A stretch of 64,000 bases of DNA from Gemmatimonadales bacterium (GTDB lineage: Bacteria; Gemmatimonadota; Gemmatimonadetes; Gemmatimonadales; GWC2-71-9): positions 11,888 through 75,887 of the forward strand of contig DATGVZ010000014.1 of assembly GCA_035299765.1 (NCBI GenBank). Direction: 5' to 3'. The notes beneath the pieces were generated by a model. That model searched no databases. It was not told the origin of the DNA and saw only the letters and a list, made by a program, of their open reading frames with translations. Numbering within the stretch: position 1 is the first letter of the stretch; each line of letters begins with the position of its first letter. Below, in pieces: positions 36,337 through 45,407 of the stretch. The position numbers and the translations under genes are program-made.

Positions 36337-37572
36337 CAACCCAACGGGAAACCGGGCCCCCTCGTGGTGCTCGCCTATTCGGGCGGGCTCGATACCTCGG
36401 CCATCGTTCCCTGGCTGCGTGAGACCTACGGCGCGCGCGTCGTCTGCTTCGCCGCCGACGTGGGGCAGGGCGCCGGCGAGTTGCAGGGGCTGGTTCAGAA
36501 AGCCAAGCGCTCGGGCGCGGACGACTGCTTCGTCGAAGATCTGCGCGAAGCGTTCGTCCGCGATTTCGTTTTCCCGACATTGCGCGCGGGCGCCGTCTAC
36601 GCACGCACCTATCTGCTCGGCACGTCGATGGCGCGGCCGCTCACGGCGGCACATCAGGTTGCGGTCGCGCAGCGCATCGGCGCCGACGCGCTCGCGCACG
36701 GCTGCACCGGCAAGGGGAACGACCAGGTCCGCTTCGAGCTGACCTACGCGGCGCTCGCGCCCGACCTGCAAGTGATCGCGCCATGGCGCGAATGGAAATT
36801 CCAGAGTCGCGAAGATCTCATCGCGTACGTGCACGCGAAGGGGGTGCCGGTCCAGGCGACCGCCGAGAAGCCGTACTCGACCGATCGCAACCTGTGGCAC
36901 TGCTCGCACGAGGGCGGCATCCTCGAGGACCCGTCGCAGGAAGCGCCCGAACACATCTTCGTGATGACGAAGAATCCGCTCGAGGCGCCGGACGAGCCGG
37001 TCGTCGTGACGATCGGGTTTGAAGAAGGCAATCCCGTCAGTCTCGATGCGGTCCCGCTCGGCCCGGTCGAGCTGCTCGAGCAGTTGAACGAGATCGCGGG
37101 CGAGCACGGCGTCGGCCGTGCGGACATCGTCGAGGACCGGTTGGTCGGCATGAAGTCGCGCGGCGTGTACGAGACGCCGGGCGGAACGGTGCTGTACGCG
37201 GCGCACCGCGAGCTCGAGCAGATGGTGCTCGATCGCCGCACACTTCGCATGAAAGATGAGCTCGCTCTCCGCTACGCCGACCTCGTCTACGACGGCCGTT
37301 GGTGGACGCCCGAGCGCGAAGCGATCGATGCGCTGGTCACCGCGACGCAGCAGCACGTCACGGGCACCGTCAAGTTGAAGCTCTTCAAGGGAAACGTGAT
37401 CGTCGCGGGCCGCGAGAGTCCGTTCGCGCTCTACCAGCCGTCGTACGCGACGTTCGGTAAAGACAACGTATACAACCAGAAGGACGCCGAAGGCTTCATT
37501 CGGCTGTATGGCCTCGCGATTCGGATCGGCGCCGGATTGTCGGCCGAACGCAGTGATGTCCCAACAAGCTGA
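36328..37572 (+). CDS. argG: argininosuccinate synthase
   Basis: 414 aa. [12 protein letters not shown] and other ArgG motifs. Confidence 0.96.
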   Translation: MHKQPNGKPGPLVVLAYSGGLDTSAIVPWLRETYGARVVCFAADVGQGAGELQGLVQKAKRSGADDCFVEDLREAFVRDFVFPTLRAGAVYARTYLLGTSMARPLTAAHQVAVAQRIGADALAHGCTGKGNDQVRFELTYAALAPDLQVIAPWREWKFQSREDLIAYVHAKGVPVQATAEKPYSTDRNLWHCSHEGGILEDPSQEAPEHIFVMTKNPLEAPDEPVVVTIGFEEGNPVSLDAVPLGPVELLEQLNEIAGEHGVGRADIVEDRLVGMKSRGVYETPGGTVLYAAHRELEQMVLDRRTLRMKDELALRYADLVYDGRWWTPEREAIDALVTATQQHVTGTVKLKLFKGNVIVAGRESPFALYQPSYATFGKDNVYNQKDAEGFIRLYGLAIRIGAGLSAERSDVPTS

Positions 37573-38956
37573 CACTCACCAGATGTGGGGCGGGCGCTTC
37601 GCTCTCGGGCCGAGCGAAGCGCTCGACGCGCTGAATCGCAGCCTCCCCGTCGATCATCGCCTCTGGCCGCAGGACGTCGCCGCGAGCAAAGCGTGGGTGC
37701 ACGCACTCTGTCAGGCCGGGGTTGTCACTGCCAATGAAGAAGCGCAGCTGCTGGGCGGCCTCGATCGCGTAGCCGATCAGCTCGCGGACGGCGCCGCGGT
37801 CGGCGCACCGGACGAAGACATACACACCCTCGTGGAGCGCCTGCTCTACAACGAGGTCGGTGGTCTCGCCGGCAAGCTGCACACCGGCCGCTCGCGCAAC
37901 GATCAGGTCGCGACCGACCTGCGCCTGTGGACGCTCGACGCGATCGATCACCTCGATGCCGGCGTCGCCGCCCTCGGCAAGACACTCGTCGGAAAAGCGA
38001 AAGACGGCATCAACGCGATTCTTCCCGGCTACACCCACGGCCAGCGCGCGCAGCCCGTGCGCTGGGCCTACGTCCTGCTCGCGCACGCCTGGCCGCTCGT
38101 GCGCGATCGCCAGCGGCTGGCGGACGCGCGCCGGCGCACCGCCGAGCTGCCGCTCGGCTCCGGTGCGCTCGCCGGCTCCGGCTTTCCCGTCGACCGCGTG
38201 CTCCTCAAGGAGGCACTTGGCTTCCGCGTCGTTTCACCCAACGCGCTCGACGCCACGGGTGATCGCGACTTCGTCGCCGATGTGCTCTTCGCGATCGCGC
38301 TGATCGGCACGCATCTCTCGCGGCTCGGCGCCGAGCTGATCACCTACGCCAGCGGCGAGTTCGGATTCGTCACGCTCGCCGACGATTTCAGTACCGGCTC
38401 GAGCCTTATGCCGCAGAAACGGAATCCCGATGTCTTCGAGCTCGCGCGCGGCAAAGCCGGTCGCATGCTCGGCGACCTCGTCGCGCTGCTCACCACGCTC
38501 AAGGGCATTCCCGCCGGCTATCAGAAGGATCTCCAGGAGGACAAGGCGCTGTTGTTCGACGCCTGCGATACGCTCGCGACGGTGCTGCCGGCGGTCACGG
38601 GAGCGATCGAGACCCTGACGATCAACGCCGATCGCATGGCGGCGGCGCTCGATCCCGCGATGCGCGCGACCGATCTCGCGGATCTGCTCGTCGAGGCGGG
38701 GGTGCCGTTCCGGGAAAGTCACGGACTGATCGGCCGGCTGGTGCGCGCCGCCGAACATGAGCATGTGCCGCTCGATCGCGTGCCCCAGAGCATCGCTAAC
38801 GCCATCCATCCTGCCCTCGGGTCCGCGCTCGCGCAGCTCGGCACCTGGGAGCAAAGCGTCGAGAGCCGTGCAACGCCAGGCGGCGCGTCACGGGCGTCGG
38901 TGGAGTCGCAAATCGAGGAGTTACGGCGCGCGTTCATGCCCGCAACTACTGCATAA
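37556..38956 (+). CDS. argH: argininosuccinate lyase
   Basis: Start at ATG 37556 ([15 protein letters not shown]). Contains GRSRNDQV and [12 protein letters not shown] signatures. 17-nt overlap with argG. Confidence 0.95.
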   Translation: MSQQADTHQMWGGRFALGPSEALDALNRSLPVDHRLWPQDVAASKAWVHALCQAGVVTANEEAQLLGGLDRVADQLADGAAVGAPDEDIHTLVERLLYNEVGGLAGKLHTGRSRNDQVATDLRLWTLDAIDHLDAGVAALGKTLVGKAKDGINAILPGYTHGQRAQPVRWAYVLLAHAWPLVRDRQRLADARRRTAELPLGSGALAGSGFPVDRVLLKEALGFRVVSPNALDATGDRDFVADVLFAIALIGTHLSRLGAELITYASGEFGFVTLADDFSTGSSLMPQKRNPDVFELARGKAGRMLGDLVALLTTLKGIPAGYQKDLQEDKALLFDACDTLATVLPAVTGAIETLTINADRMAAALDPAMRATDLADLLVEAGVPFRESHGLIGRLVRAAEHEHVPLDRVPQSIANAIHPALGSALAQLGTWEQSVESRATPGGASRASVESQIEELRRAFMPATTA

Positions 38957-38967
38957 AGCGTCTTCCC

Positions 38968-38997
38968 TTGCCGCATGTTGTAGGCCGGTATTAGCAT
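38968..38997 (+). promoter_or_regulatory. promoter candidate TTGCCG-18-TAGCAT, 6 nt before ATG 39004
   Basis: Read directly. Confidence 0.45.
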
Positions 38998-39003
38998 ATG
39001 CCG

Positions 39004-39552
39004 ATGCGCTGCCTAGCCCTCAATGCCTCGTTCGAACCGCTGACAATGGTGCCCGTGCGCCGGGCGCTGCGGCTGGTCATTGATGGCAAGGCCGAGGTCG
39101 TCGAGGCCGAGGGGACGCCGGTCCACTCCGAGCGAATGGCGGTGCCACGACCTGCCGTCATTCGGCTGGTTCGCTTCGTCCACGTCCCTCGCCGCTTCCG
39201 CCGCCAAGTCACCAACACATTCCTGTTCGCCCGCGACAACTACCGTTGCCAGTTCTGTGGTCGCGCGCAGCAGGAGCTGCGGCAGCGCGAGTGCCTCACG
39301 CGCGATCATCTCGTGCCATTGTCGCGCGGCGGCACGAACGCCTGGACCAACGTCCTGACGGCGTGCTCGAGCTGCAACACGCGCAAGGGCAATCTCCTGC
39401 CGGAGGAAGTGGGCATGCATCCGCTGCGCGCGCCGCACGAGCCGCACTTCGTGCACCTCTCGTGGGCGGTTCGCCGCCTCACGCGCACGCAGGCGAAGTA
39501 CATCCGTCTCTTCTACGGGGCGGACGTGCTGGCGACTCTCGAGGCCATGTGA
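39004..39552 (+). CDS. HNH endonuclease family protein
   Basis: CQFCG..(17)..DHLVPLSRGG..N..TACSSCNTRKG forms an HNH/zinc-finger core. Start is ATG 39004 (fits the promoter) or ATG 38998. Confidence 0.85.
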   Translation: MRCLALNASFEPLTMVPVRRALRLVIDGKAEVVEAEGTPVHSERMAVPRPAVIRLVRFVHVPRRFRRQVTNTFLFARDNYRCQFCGRAQQELRQRECLTRDHLVPLSRGGTNAWTNVLTACSSCNTRKGNLLPEEVGMHPLRAPHEPHFVHLSWAVRRLTRTQAKYIRLFYGADVLATLEAM

Positions 39553-39947
39553 CGAGAAACCCATGGGTGGTGGCGGGCGCGGCAGTCGTCGCGCTCGCCG
39601 GGGTCGTGTTTCTCACACGTCCCGCCCGGGGCTCGACGCATCCCCAACCGCGGTCCGGCATCACGGCGGCGAAGGTGCTCCCCGATTTCGCGATCCCGAA
39701 GAATCCCGGGGCGCTCGAGGCGTACGCGGCGGCCCGGCGCTCCGCCGCGACCCTCGACGGTCTCTATTGCCACTGCGATTGCTCGAAGCACTCCGGACAT
39801 CGCTCGCTGCTGACCTGCTTCGAGTCAGAGCACGCAGCCTACTGCGACATCTGCATGGGAGAGGCGAACCTGGCGAGTGACATGGCGGCGCGCGGGAAGT
39901 CGCTGACGGAAATTCGTGCCGCTATCGACCGTCAATTCGGATCGTAG
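39549..39947 (+). CDS. membrane-anchored Cys-rich protein (PCYCGC-motif-like: LYCHCDC)
   Basis: 132 aa from GTG 39549 (GTGA overlap with the HNH stop). One TM helix, then YCHCDCSKHSGHRSLLTCFESEHAAYCDIC. Confidence 0.65.
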   Translation: MTRNPWVVAGAAVVALAGVVFLTRPARGSTHPQPRSGITAAKVLPDFAIPKNPGALEAYAAARRSAATLDGLYCHCDCSKHSGHRSLLTCFESEHAAYCDICMGEANLASDMAARGKSLTEIRAAIDRQFGS

Positions 39948-40563
39948 GACTCCGCGCCTCGAGCTGCAGGCGCGGGAGGCCGGCCAGTCGCACCAGCACA
40001 CGCTGCGCCCCCCGCGCTAACGCTGCGCCGAAACTCCCTTCGCCCGAAACCGCAGGCCCGACGTCGCCCGACAACCAGCTCGACAGCTCTCGCAGATCGG
40101 TGTCGTTGAGCGTCGTCACCTCGAGTCGCGCGACGAAGTAGTAGCGGCCGGAGCCGGCGCCGCTCGCTTCGGGCCGCATCGTGACCGTGTAAGGAATCTC
40201 GAGCGCGGCCGCCAGCTCTTCCGGCGTCGCGTAGCGCGTGAGGGTGCGGCCACCCGCGGGGCGGAGCAGCACGAAGTCGTCCGCCAACGGATCGTTGCGG
40301 GCGACGACGTCCCACGATGCCTCACGCACGAATTGATCGAACCAGCTCGTGCGCACCTTCCAGAGCTCGAGCCGGTAGTGGAGCCGCAGTGGAAATCCCG
40401 AGCGCATGAGCCCGACGAATTTCCCGTCCGCCAGGAGTCCCGTGCTGCGGACGCGGGGCGTCGTCGTTTGCAGCGTGACCGTCAGGGTCGGCGACTGCGC
40501 CGTCAGCCCCGCGGGCAGGGCCAGCGAGAGGACGATCACGTGGCGGAGGAGCACTCGCGCCAC
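39922..40563 (-). CDS. DUF4390-like periplasmic protein
   Basis: 213 aa. Signal peptide, GFPLRLHYRLELWKVRTSWFDQ.. and ..YYFVARLEVTTLNDTDLRELSSW.. resemble DUF4390 (recalled pattern). Last gene of the kinase/regulator operon. Confidence 0.55.
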   Translation of the reverse strand: MARVLLRHVIVLSLALPAGLTAQSPTLTVTLQTTTPRVRSTGLLADGKFVGLMRSGFPLRLHYRLELWKVRTSWFDQFVREASWDVVARNDPLADDFVLLRPAGGRTLTRYATPEELAAALEIPYTVTMRPEASGAGSGRYYFVARLEVTTLNDTDLRELSSWLSGDVGPAVSGEGSFGAALARGAQRVLVRLAGLPRLQLEARSPTIRIDGR

Positions 40564-40564
40564 T

Positions 40565-42292
40565 CTAGAAGCGATGATCGAGCCTAAACAGGAAGCGCAG
40601 TCGTTCGCCGGTCGTCACCGCCTTGGCGACGTAAATCCCGAAGCCACTCCAGTCCGCGCCCAGTCCGGCATCCACCAGCCAGCTCGCGAATCGCGGGATG
40701 CGACCCGCGGGCACGTGCCCCGGCCCCTTTCCCACGAGCCACCCCTGTCCCGCGTCCGCGAAGACGACGAGGTCGAGCCCCTCGATCCAGAACGGTGAAC
40801 GCTCCTCTCGAGACGATTTCTCGTCGCGCCACGGGTTGTAACTCCAATTGAGTCTCACGTGGCCGCGGTATTCCGTCTGGAACACGAGCACGCGATCGCA
40901 TGCGGCGAGCAGCGTCCCGGCGAACGCCGGGTCGACGATGGCGCCATCGCACGCGCTCGAGCGGAATGGATGGCCGGGCATGGGATCCGGACCGCCGACG
41001 GACAGACGGCGTTGCAGCGGGAGCGGATCGCCCCCCAACCAGCCGCCACCGACGAGCCGCAGATTCACGCGACCCGTGGGGCTGATGCGCGAATAGCGGC
41101 GCACGTCGAAGAAGAGCCGGCTGAAGCGGTACGACCCGTCGGTCGGAATCGAATCGCGTACCGTCGCGGGGATCCCCGCCTGCGGCACGACGTCGTTGCT
41201 GCGCGAATGTTCGAGCGTCGTACGCACCAGCCACCCCGCGGTGGGAGCCTCGGGATCGTTGCGCGAGTCGAACGTCGCGTTGGCGACGACGGTGTTGTAG
41301 TGGCCCTCGTCGATCGGCGGGTTGGGGCGCCACGCCTCGTCGTGGCGGAAAATGGTCCAGGGATCCTTGACGGCCACGCCCGTTTGCCACTCGTGGCGGA
41401 ATTCGAATGACACGGCCAGCGCGCGATTGGGCGCAGCGAACACGCGCGCCGCCCATCCCTTATCAAGGAAGTAGTCGCGATAATCGCGCGCGAACACGAA
41501 CGCGCTCCACCCGATCTCCGCGCTGTGCAGTCCCCAATCCTCGACCGGACTCACGACGTCGAACGCCCGCAGCCCGACGCCCACATGCTGGACTTCCCCC
41601 GAGCGCAGCTCGCTGCGGAACATGTAGCCCAGGCTACTGCGGTTGTCGGAGAGATCGCCCGCGGACCGGAAGACGCCGAGTGCGTCGATGCGCAGCCGGA
41701 AATCCTGTTGCAGCCGCCAATCGAACAACGGCCCGAACACGATCGGCAGTCCCTCGACGCGATTGAACGTTCCACCGGTGGCGATCGTCAGCGTCGAGCG
41801 GGAGTCGGCCGTGCCCCATGACACATGCGCACCAGGATTCCAGAGCCGGCGCCGCAGGTTCGGGGCGTAGGCGATCTGATCGCCTTCGTTGCGCAAGCGG
41901 TACAGCAGGGGCTCGCGATATTGGCGCAATTCCCCGCCGATCTTTGCCGCCGCCGAATCACCAACCACGCCGCCCACCACGATCACATCGCCGCTCACCT
42001 CGGCGCCCCGCTCGAACTGCAGGTCCCCGTTGATCACGACGAGCGTCCCCTGCACCCGGCCGCCGATGAAGACTGGCCCGTTCCGCACCGCCACATCGCC
42101 GCGCCACTCGTTGCCATGGGGCAGGCGCGTACGGCCCACGAGACGCGTCGTCCCCGGCGCGTTGTAGAACCGGATGACCTCGTCGGAGACGACGCGCGGC
42201 AGCGCCAGCGCCTCGAGCGACACGCCGGAGCTGTCGGGGTGAATGACGATGGTCGTATCCTGAACCGCCAGAATCAGCAGCAACGCGATCAT
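40565..42292 (-). CDS. outer-membrane Omp85/BamA-type beta-barrel protein with N-terminal bactofilin-like (polymer-forming) repeat domain
   Basis: 575 aa from ATG 42292 (ATGA overlap with the regulator stop). Signal/anchor MIALLLILAV. GDVAVRNGPVFIGGRVQGTLVVINGDLQFERGAEVSGDVIVVGGVV is a bactofilin-type beta-helix repeat. The C-terminal ~350 aa are alternating-pattern beta strands ending ..LRFLFRLDHRF (terminal Phe, OMP signature). Confidence 0.65.
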   Translation of the reverse strand: MIALLLILAVQDTTIVIHPDSSGVSLEALALPRVVSDEVIRFYNAPGTTRLVGRTRLPHGNEWRGDVAVRNGPVFIGGRVQGTLVVINGDLQFERGAEVSGDVIVVGGVVGDSAAAKIGGELRQYREPLLYRLRNEGDQIAYAPNLRRRLWNPGAHVSWGTADSRSTLTIATGGTFNRVEGLPIVFGPLFDWRLQQDFRLRIDALGVFRSAGDLSDNRSSLGYMFRSELRSGEVQHVGVGLRAFDVVSPVEDWGLHSAEIGWSAFVFARDYRDYFLDKGWAARVFAAPNRALAVSFEFRHEWQTGVAVKDPWTIFRHDEAWRPNPPIDEGHYNTVVANATFDSRNDPEAPTAGWLVRTTLEHSRSNDVVPQAGIPATVRDSIPTDGSYRFSRLFFDVRRYSRISPTGRVNLRLVGGGWLGGDPLPLQRRLSVGGPDPMPGHPFRSSACDGAIVDPAFAGTLLAACDRVLVFQTEYRGHVRLNWSYNPWRDEKSSREERSPFWIEGLDLVVFADAGQGWLVGKGPGHVPAGRIPRFASWLVDAGLGADWSGFGIYVAKAVTTGERLRFLFRLDHRF

Positions 42293-43716
42293 AGAGAGCC
42301 TTCGTTGGGGCCGGGTGGCCCAATGTTGTTGCGCGGCGAGTCGATGCCCAGCCGTCGCATACGCCGGTACAGGTTGGCGCGGTCCGTCAGCAGCCGTCGC
42401 GCCGCTTCGGCGACGTTGCCTCGCGAAATCGAAAGTGCGCGCGCGATCAGCTCGCGCTCGTACTGGTCGAGCGTTTCGGTAAGCGCGATGTCCCGCCACG
42501 GCGCGTCGCCCTCCGCCGCCTCGAGCCGCGCGGGCGGAGCGATCCCATCCTGAGGCAACACGCGCGCGACGTCGCCGGCGGTGAGCGTTTCGCCCGAGGC
42601 CAGAATCGCGAGCCGCTCGATGATGTTGGCGAGCTCGCGGACGTTACCGGGCCACGTGTAGGCGGCGAGCAGAGGGACCGCCCCGGCGTCGAAGTGCACG
42701 GGCCGGCCCAGGCGTGCCGCGCAGCGCGCCGCGAAATGGCGGATCAGCGGCGGAACGTCCTCCGGTCGCTCGCGCAACGGCGGGATGTGAATCGGCAACA
42801 CGTTGAGCCGGAACCACAGGTCCTCGCGGAACGACTCTTGCCGCACCGCCACCGTCAGGTCTTTGTTGGTCGCGGCGATGACGCGCACGTTCACGGCGAA
42901 CGGCCGTTCCCCGCCCACGCGCTCGATGACGCCGCTCTCGAGGACGCGCAGGAGTTTCGCCTGCGCCTCCGGTCCCAGGTCCCCGACCTCATCGAGGAAC
43001 AGAGTTCCGCCGTCGGCCAGCTCGAACCGTCCCTGCCGCCGGTCCGTCGCGCCCGTGAAAGCACCGCGCTCGTGTCCGAACATCTCCGATTCGACGAGAT
43101 CGCGAGGCAGTGCGGCGCTATTCACGGTGACGAACGGTTTGCTCCCGCGCGCGCTCTGCCGGTGGATCGCCGATGCGACCAGCTCTTTGCCGGTGCCGGA
43201 TTCGCCCGTGATCAGCACGCGCGACTCCGTCGGGGCAACGCGCGCGATCAACGCGCGCAGCTCCTCCATCGCGGCGCTCGTCCCGACCAGCGGATCATCG
43301 TGGCCGAGCTGCTCGTGCAGCCGTTTGTTTTCCGCGAGCGTGCGGCCCAGCTCGAGCGCGCTGCGCAGCGCGACGAGTACGCCTTCGGGCGTGAGCGGCT
43401 TTTCCAGGAATTGGAAGGCCCCGAGCTTCGTCGCGCGCACCGCGTCGGAGAGGTTAGCCTTGCCGCTCATCATGACGACAGGGACATGCGGCGCGCGCTT
43501 GCGGATCTGCTCGAGCGTCGCGAGCCCGTCGGGACCCGGTGGCATCATCAGGTCGAGCAGCACGACATCGGGAGCGTCTTCGATGACGCGGGTCAGGGCC
43601 GCGTTGCCATCGGGCGCTTCGATCGTCTCGAAGCCATCCGATTGCAACAGCGCGCCGACCATGCGCCGGATGTTCCCTTCGTCGTCGACGAGCAGCACGC
43701 GGGGGGGGGGGCTCAT
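42289..43716 (-). CDS. sigma54-dependent response regulator (NtrC/NtrX family)
   Basis: 475 aa. REC (VLLVDDE, DLMMPP), AAA+ (GESGTGKE, GAFTGA, ..ESEMFGHERG) and a C-terminal Fis-type HTH. Confidence 0.93.
   Translation of the reverse strand: MSPPPRVLLVDDEGNIRRMVGALLQSDGFETIEAPDGNAALTRVIEDAPDVVLLDLMMPPGPDGLATLEQIRKRAPHVPVVMMSGKANLSDAVRATKLGAFQFLEKPLTPEGVLVALRSALELGRTLAENKRLHEQLGHDDPLVGTSAAMEELRALIARVAPTESRVLITGESGTGKELVASAIHRQSARGSKPFVTVNSAALPRDLVESEMFGHERGAFTGATDRRQGRFELADGGTLFLDEVGDLGPEAQAKLLRVLESGVIERVGGERPFAVNVRVIAATNKDLTVAVRQESFREDLWFRLNVLPIHIPPLRERPEDVPPLIRHFAARCAARLGRPVHFDAGAVPLLAAYTWPGNVRELANIIERLAILASGETLTAGDVARVLPQDGIAPPARLEAAEGDAPWRDIALTETLDQYERELIARALSISRGNVAEAARRLLTDRANLYRRMRRLGIDSPRNNIGPPGPNEGSL
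43701..43711 (-). repeat. homopolymer C11 (coding strand) at codons 2-6 of the sigma54 response regulator
   Basis: ATG AGC CCC CCC CCC CGC encodes M-S-P-P-P-R. Confidence 0.9.
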
Positions 43717-44921
43717 GGTCCGGACACCGGTGGAAAGACGATCGCGAAGGTCGCGCCGCCGCCGAGCGTCTCGCTCACGGCGATCGTGCCGCGATGCGCT
43801 TCGAGTGTCACCCGCACGAGCGCGAGGCCGAGGCCCGTGCCGTCGTGTTTCGTCGTGAAGTACGGCTCGAAGATCCGCTGCCGCAGGTCGGCGGGAATCC
43901 CCGGCCCGTGGTCCGCGATCGTCACGGCGAGTCCCGCGCCGTCGCCTGTGACCGTCACGTCGAGCGCGCCCATGCCCTGCATCGCTTCGGAGGCGTTGCG
44001 ATAGAGGTTCGCGAACGCCCGGCGCAACGGCTCGTAGTGGCCGACGATCGTGCGCGGTCCACCGTTCGCGGTGAGCCGGACGGCAACACCGTCGGGCACG
44101 CTCGTCCGTCCCAACTCCTCGAGCAGCTCGACAAGGTCGACTTCGCTCGGGGGCCCTTCGGGCAATCGTCCGAAGTCTGCGAATTCTTTGGCGAGTCGTT
44201 CCAGCCGATCGGTTTCGGCCGCCATCACCTCCATGGCCGTTTCTTTCCGACTTTCCGTCATTCCGTCGGTCCGCCGCAGTTGATCAACCGCGATTCGCAT
44301 CGACGTCAGCGGATTCTTGATTTCATGCGCGACGCGACGCGCGACTTCGCGGAATGCTCGCAGTCGCTCCGCCTCGAGCTCGCGCTCGCGCGCGGCGGCG
44401 AGCGCGGCCGCCAATTCGCGCAGCGCCTGGCGCAGCGCTTCGAATTCGGGCGCGCCGCGGCTAAGTGAGCCACCAGGAGTGGGAAGGGGCTGGTGGCGCC
44501 GGATCAGGGACGTCCAACCGACCAGCTCGTCGATGGGGCGCGAGAGCTGCCGCGACAGATGTCCTGCCGCATTCACCGCGGCGTACAGCACACCGGCGCC
44601 GAGGAGCAGGATGACCACCGCGACGCCGGCCGTGTAGTAGCGCAGGAACGTTTCGGCGCGGCGGGCGAGGCTGACCGATGCCGAGACTTCGTCGAGGTGT
44701 TGGCGCAGCAGCGCGCGCTCGTGGACTGTGAGGTGCAGCGTATCGACGCCCTCGAGCAATGTCCGCGCGGTCGAGGCGACGCGCTCGGTGGACGCGCGCG
44801 CGCCGGCCGCAGGCAAAAGCCGCCGCACCGACACGAGCCACCCGGCAACGGCGAGCACCGTCGGCACGGTCGTCATGACGACGAGGATCACGAAGATTCG
44901 CCGTCTGAAGGGAAGCGCCAT
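43713..44921 (-). CDS. sensor histidine kinase (two TM, HAMP-like linker, HisKA, HATPase_c; NtrY-like)
   Basis: H-box HEIKNPLTS, N-box, DHGPGI and GTGLGL. Start set at ATG 44921, 10 nt downstream of a TTGTCA-17-TAAATT promoter. The longest ORF starts at TTG 44960. Confidence 0.9.
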   Translation of the reverse strand: MALPFRRRIFVILVVMTTVPTVLAVAGWLVSVRRLLPAAGARASTERVASTARTLLEGVDTLHLTVHERALLRQHLDEVSASVSLARRAETFLRYYTAGVAVVILLLGAGVLYAAVNAAGHLSRQLSRPIDELVGWTSLIRRHQPLPTPGGSLSRGAPEFEALRQALRELAAALAAARERELEAERLRAFREVARRVAHEIKNPLTSMRIAVDQLRRTDGMTESRKETAMEVMAAETDRLERLAKEFADFGRLPEGPPSEVDLVELLEELGRTSVPDGVAVRLTANGGPRTIVGHYEPLRRAFANLYRNASEAMQGMGALDVTVTGDGAGLAVTIADHGPGIPADLRQRIFEPYFTTKHDGTGLGLALVRVTLEAHRGTIAVSETLGGGATFAIVFPPVSGP

Positions 44922-44931
44922 ATTGCGGGCC

Positions 44932-44960
44932 AATTTAGGGATTTGGCTCGGCTGTGACAA
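44932..44960 (-). promoter_or_regulatory. promoter candidate TTGTCA-17-TAAATT, 10 nt before ATG 44921 (kinase operon)
   Basis: Read directly on the reverse strand. Best match to consensus in the window. Confidence 0.55.
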
Positions 44961-44977
44961 TTCGACACGGGGGGGTC

Positions 44978-45397
44978 ATGAAGGCCCAGACGCATTACCT
45001 CTGGTTCAATACCAAACGCCGCCAGGAAATCATCGACATCACCGACGAGGTGGCCGGTCAGGTCGAGCAAAGCGGCGTCCGCGAGGGGATCGTACTGGTC
45101 AGCGCGATGCACATCTCAGCGTCGGTGTTCGTGAACGATCACGAGTCGGGATTGTGGGATGACATCCTGAAGTGGCTCGAAGGCACGATCGCGCCGTGGG
45201 ATCCGCAACGCTATCGTCACAATGAAACGGGAGAAGACAACGCGGCCGCGCATCTGCGCAGTCTCACGATCGGTCATGAGGTGATCGTGCCGATCACCGG
45301 TGGCAAGTTGGACTTCGGTCCGTGGCAGCGGGTGTTCTACGGGGAGTGGGACGGACAGCGGAAAAAGCGCGTGATCATCAAAGTGCTCGGGGAGTGA
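44978..45397 (+). CDS. YjbQ/UPF0047 family protein (secondary thiamine-phosphate synthase-like)
   Basis: ATG 44978 is preceded by GGGGGGG. ..SAMHISASVFVNDHE..AHL..GKL.FG.WQ.V.. is typical of UPF0047. Confidence 0.85.
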   Translation: MKAQTHYLWFNTKRRQEIIDITDEVAGQVEQSGVREGIVLVSAMHISASVFVNDHESGLWDDILKWLEGTIAPWDPQRYRHNETGEDNAAAHLRSLTIGHEVIVPITGGKLDFGPWQRVFYGEWDGQRKKRVIIKVLGE

Positions 45398-45407
45398 GGA
45401 GGCGGTC

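Noticed and set aside
38998-39552. HNH endonuclease as part of a mobile element, homing element or restriction-modification system.
   Set aside because: There is no methyltransferase, integrase or transposase, no flanking direct or inverted repeats, and no compositional shift. Codon style matches the neighbours. It appears to be a chromosomal stand-alone HNH family.
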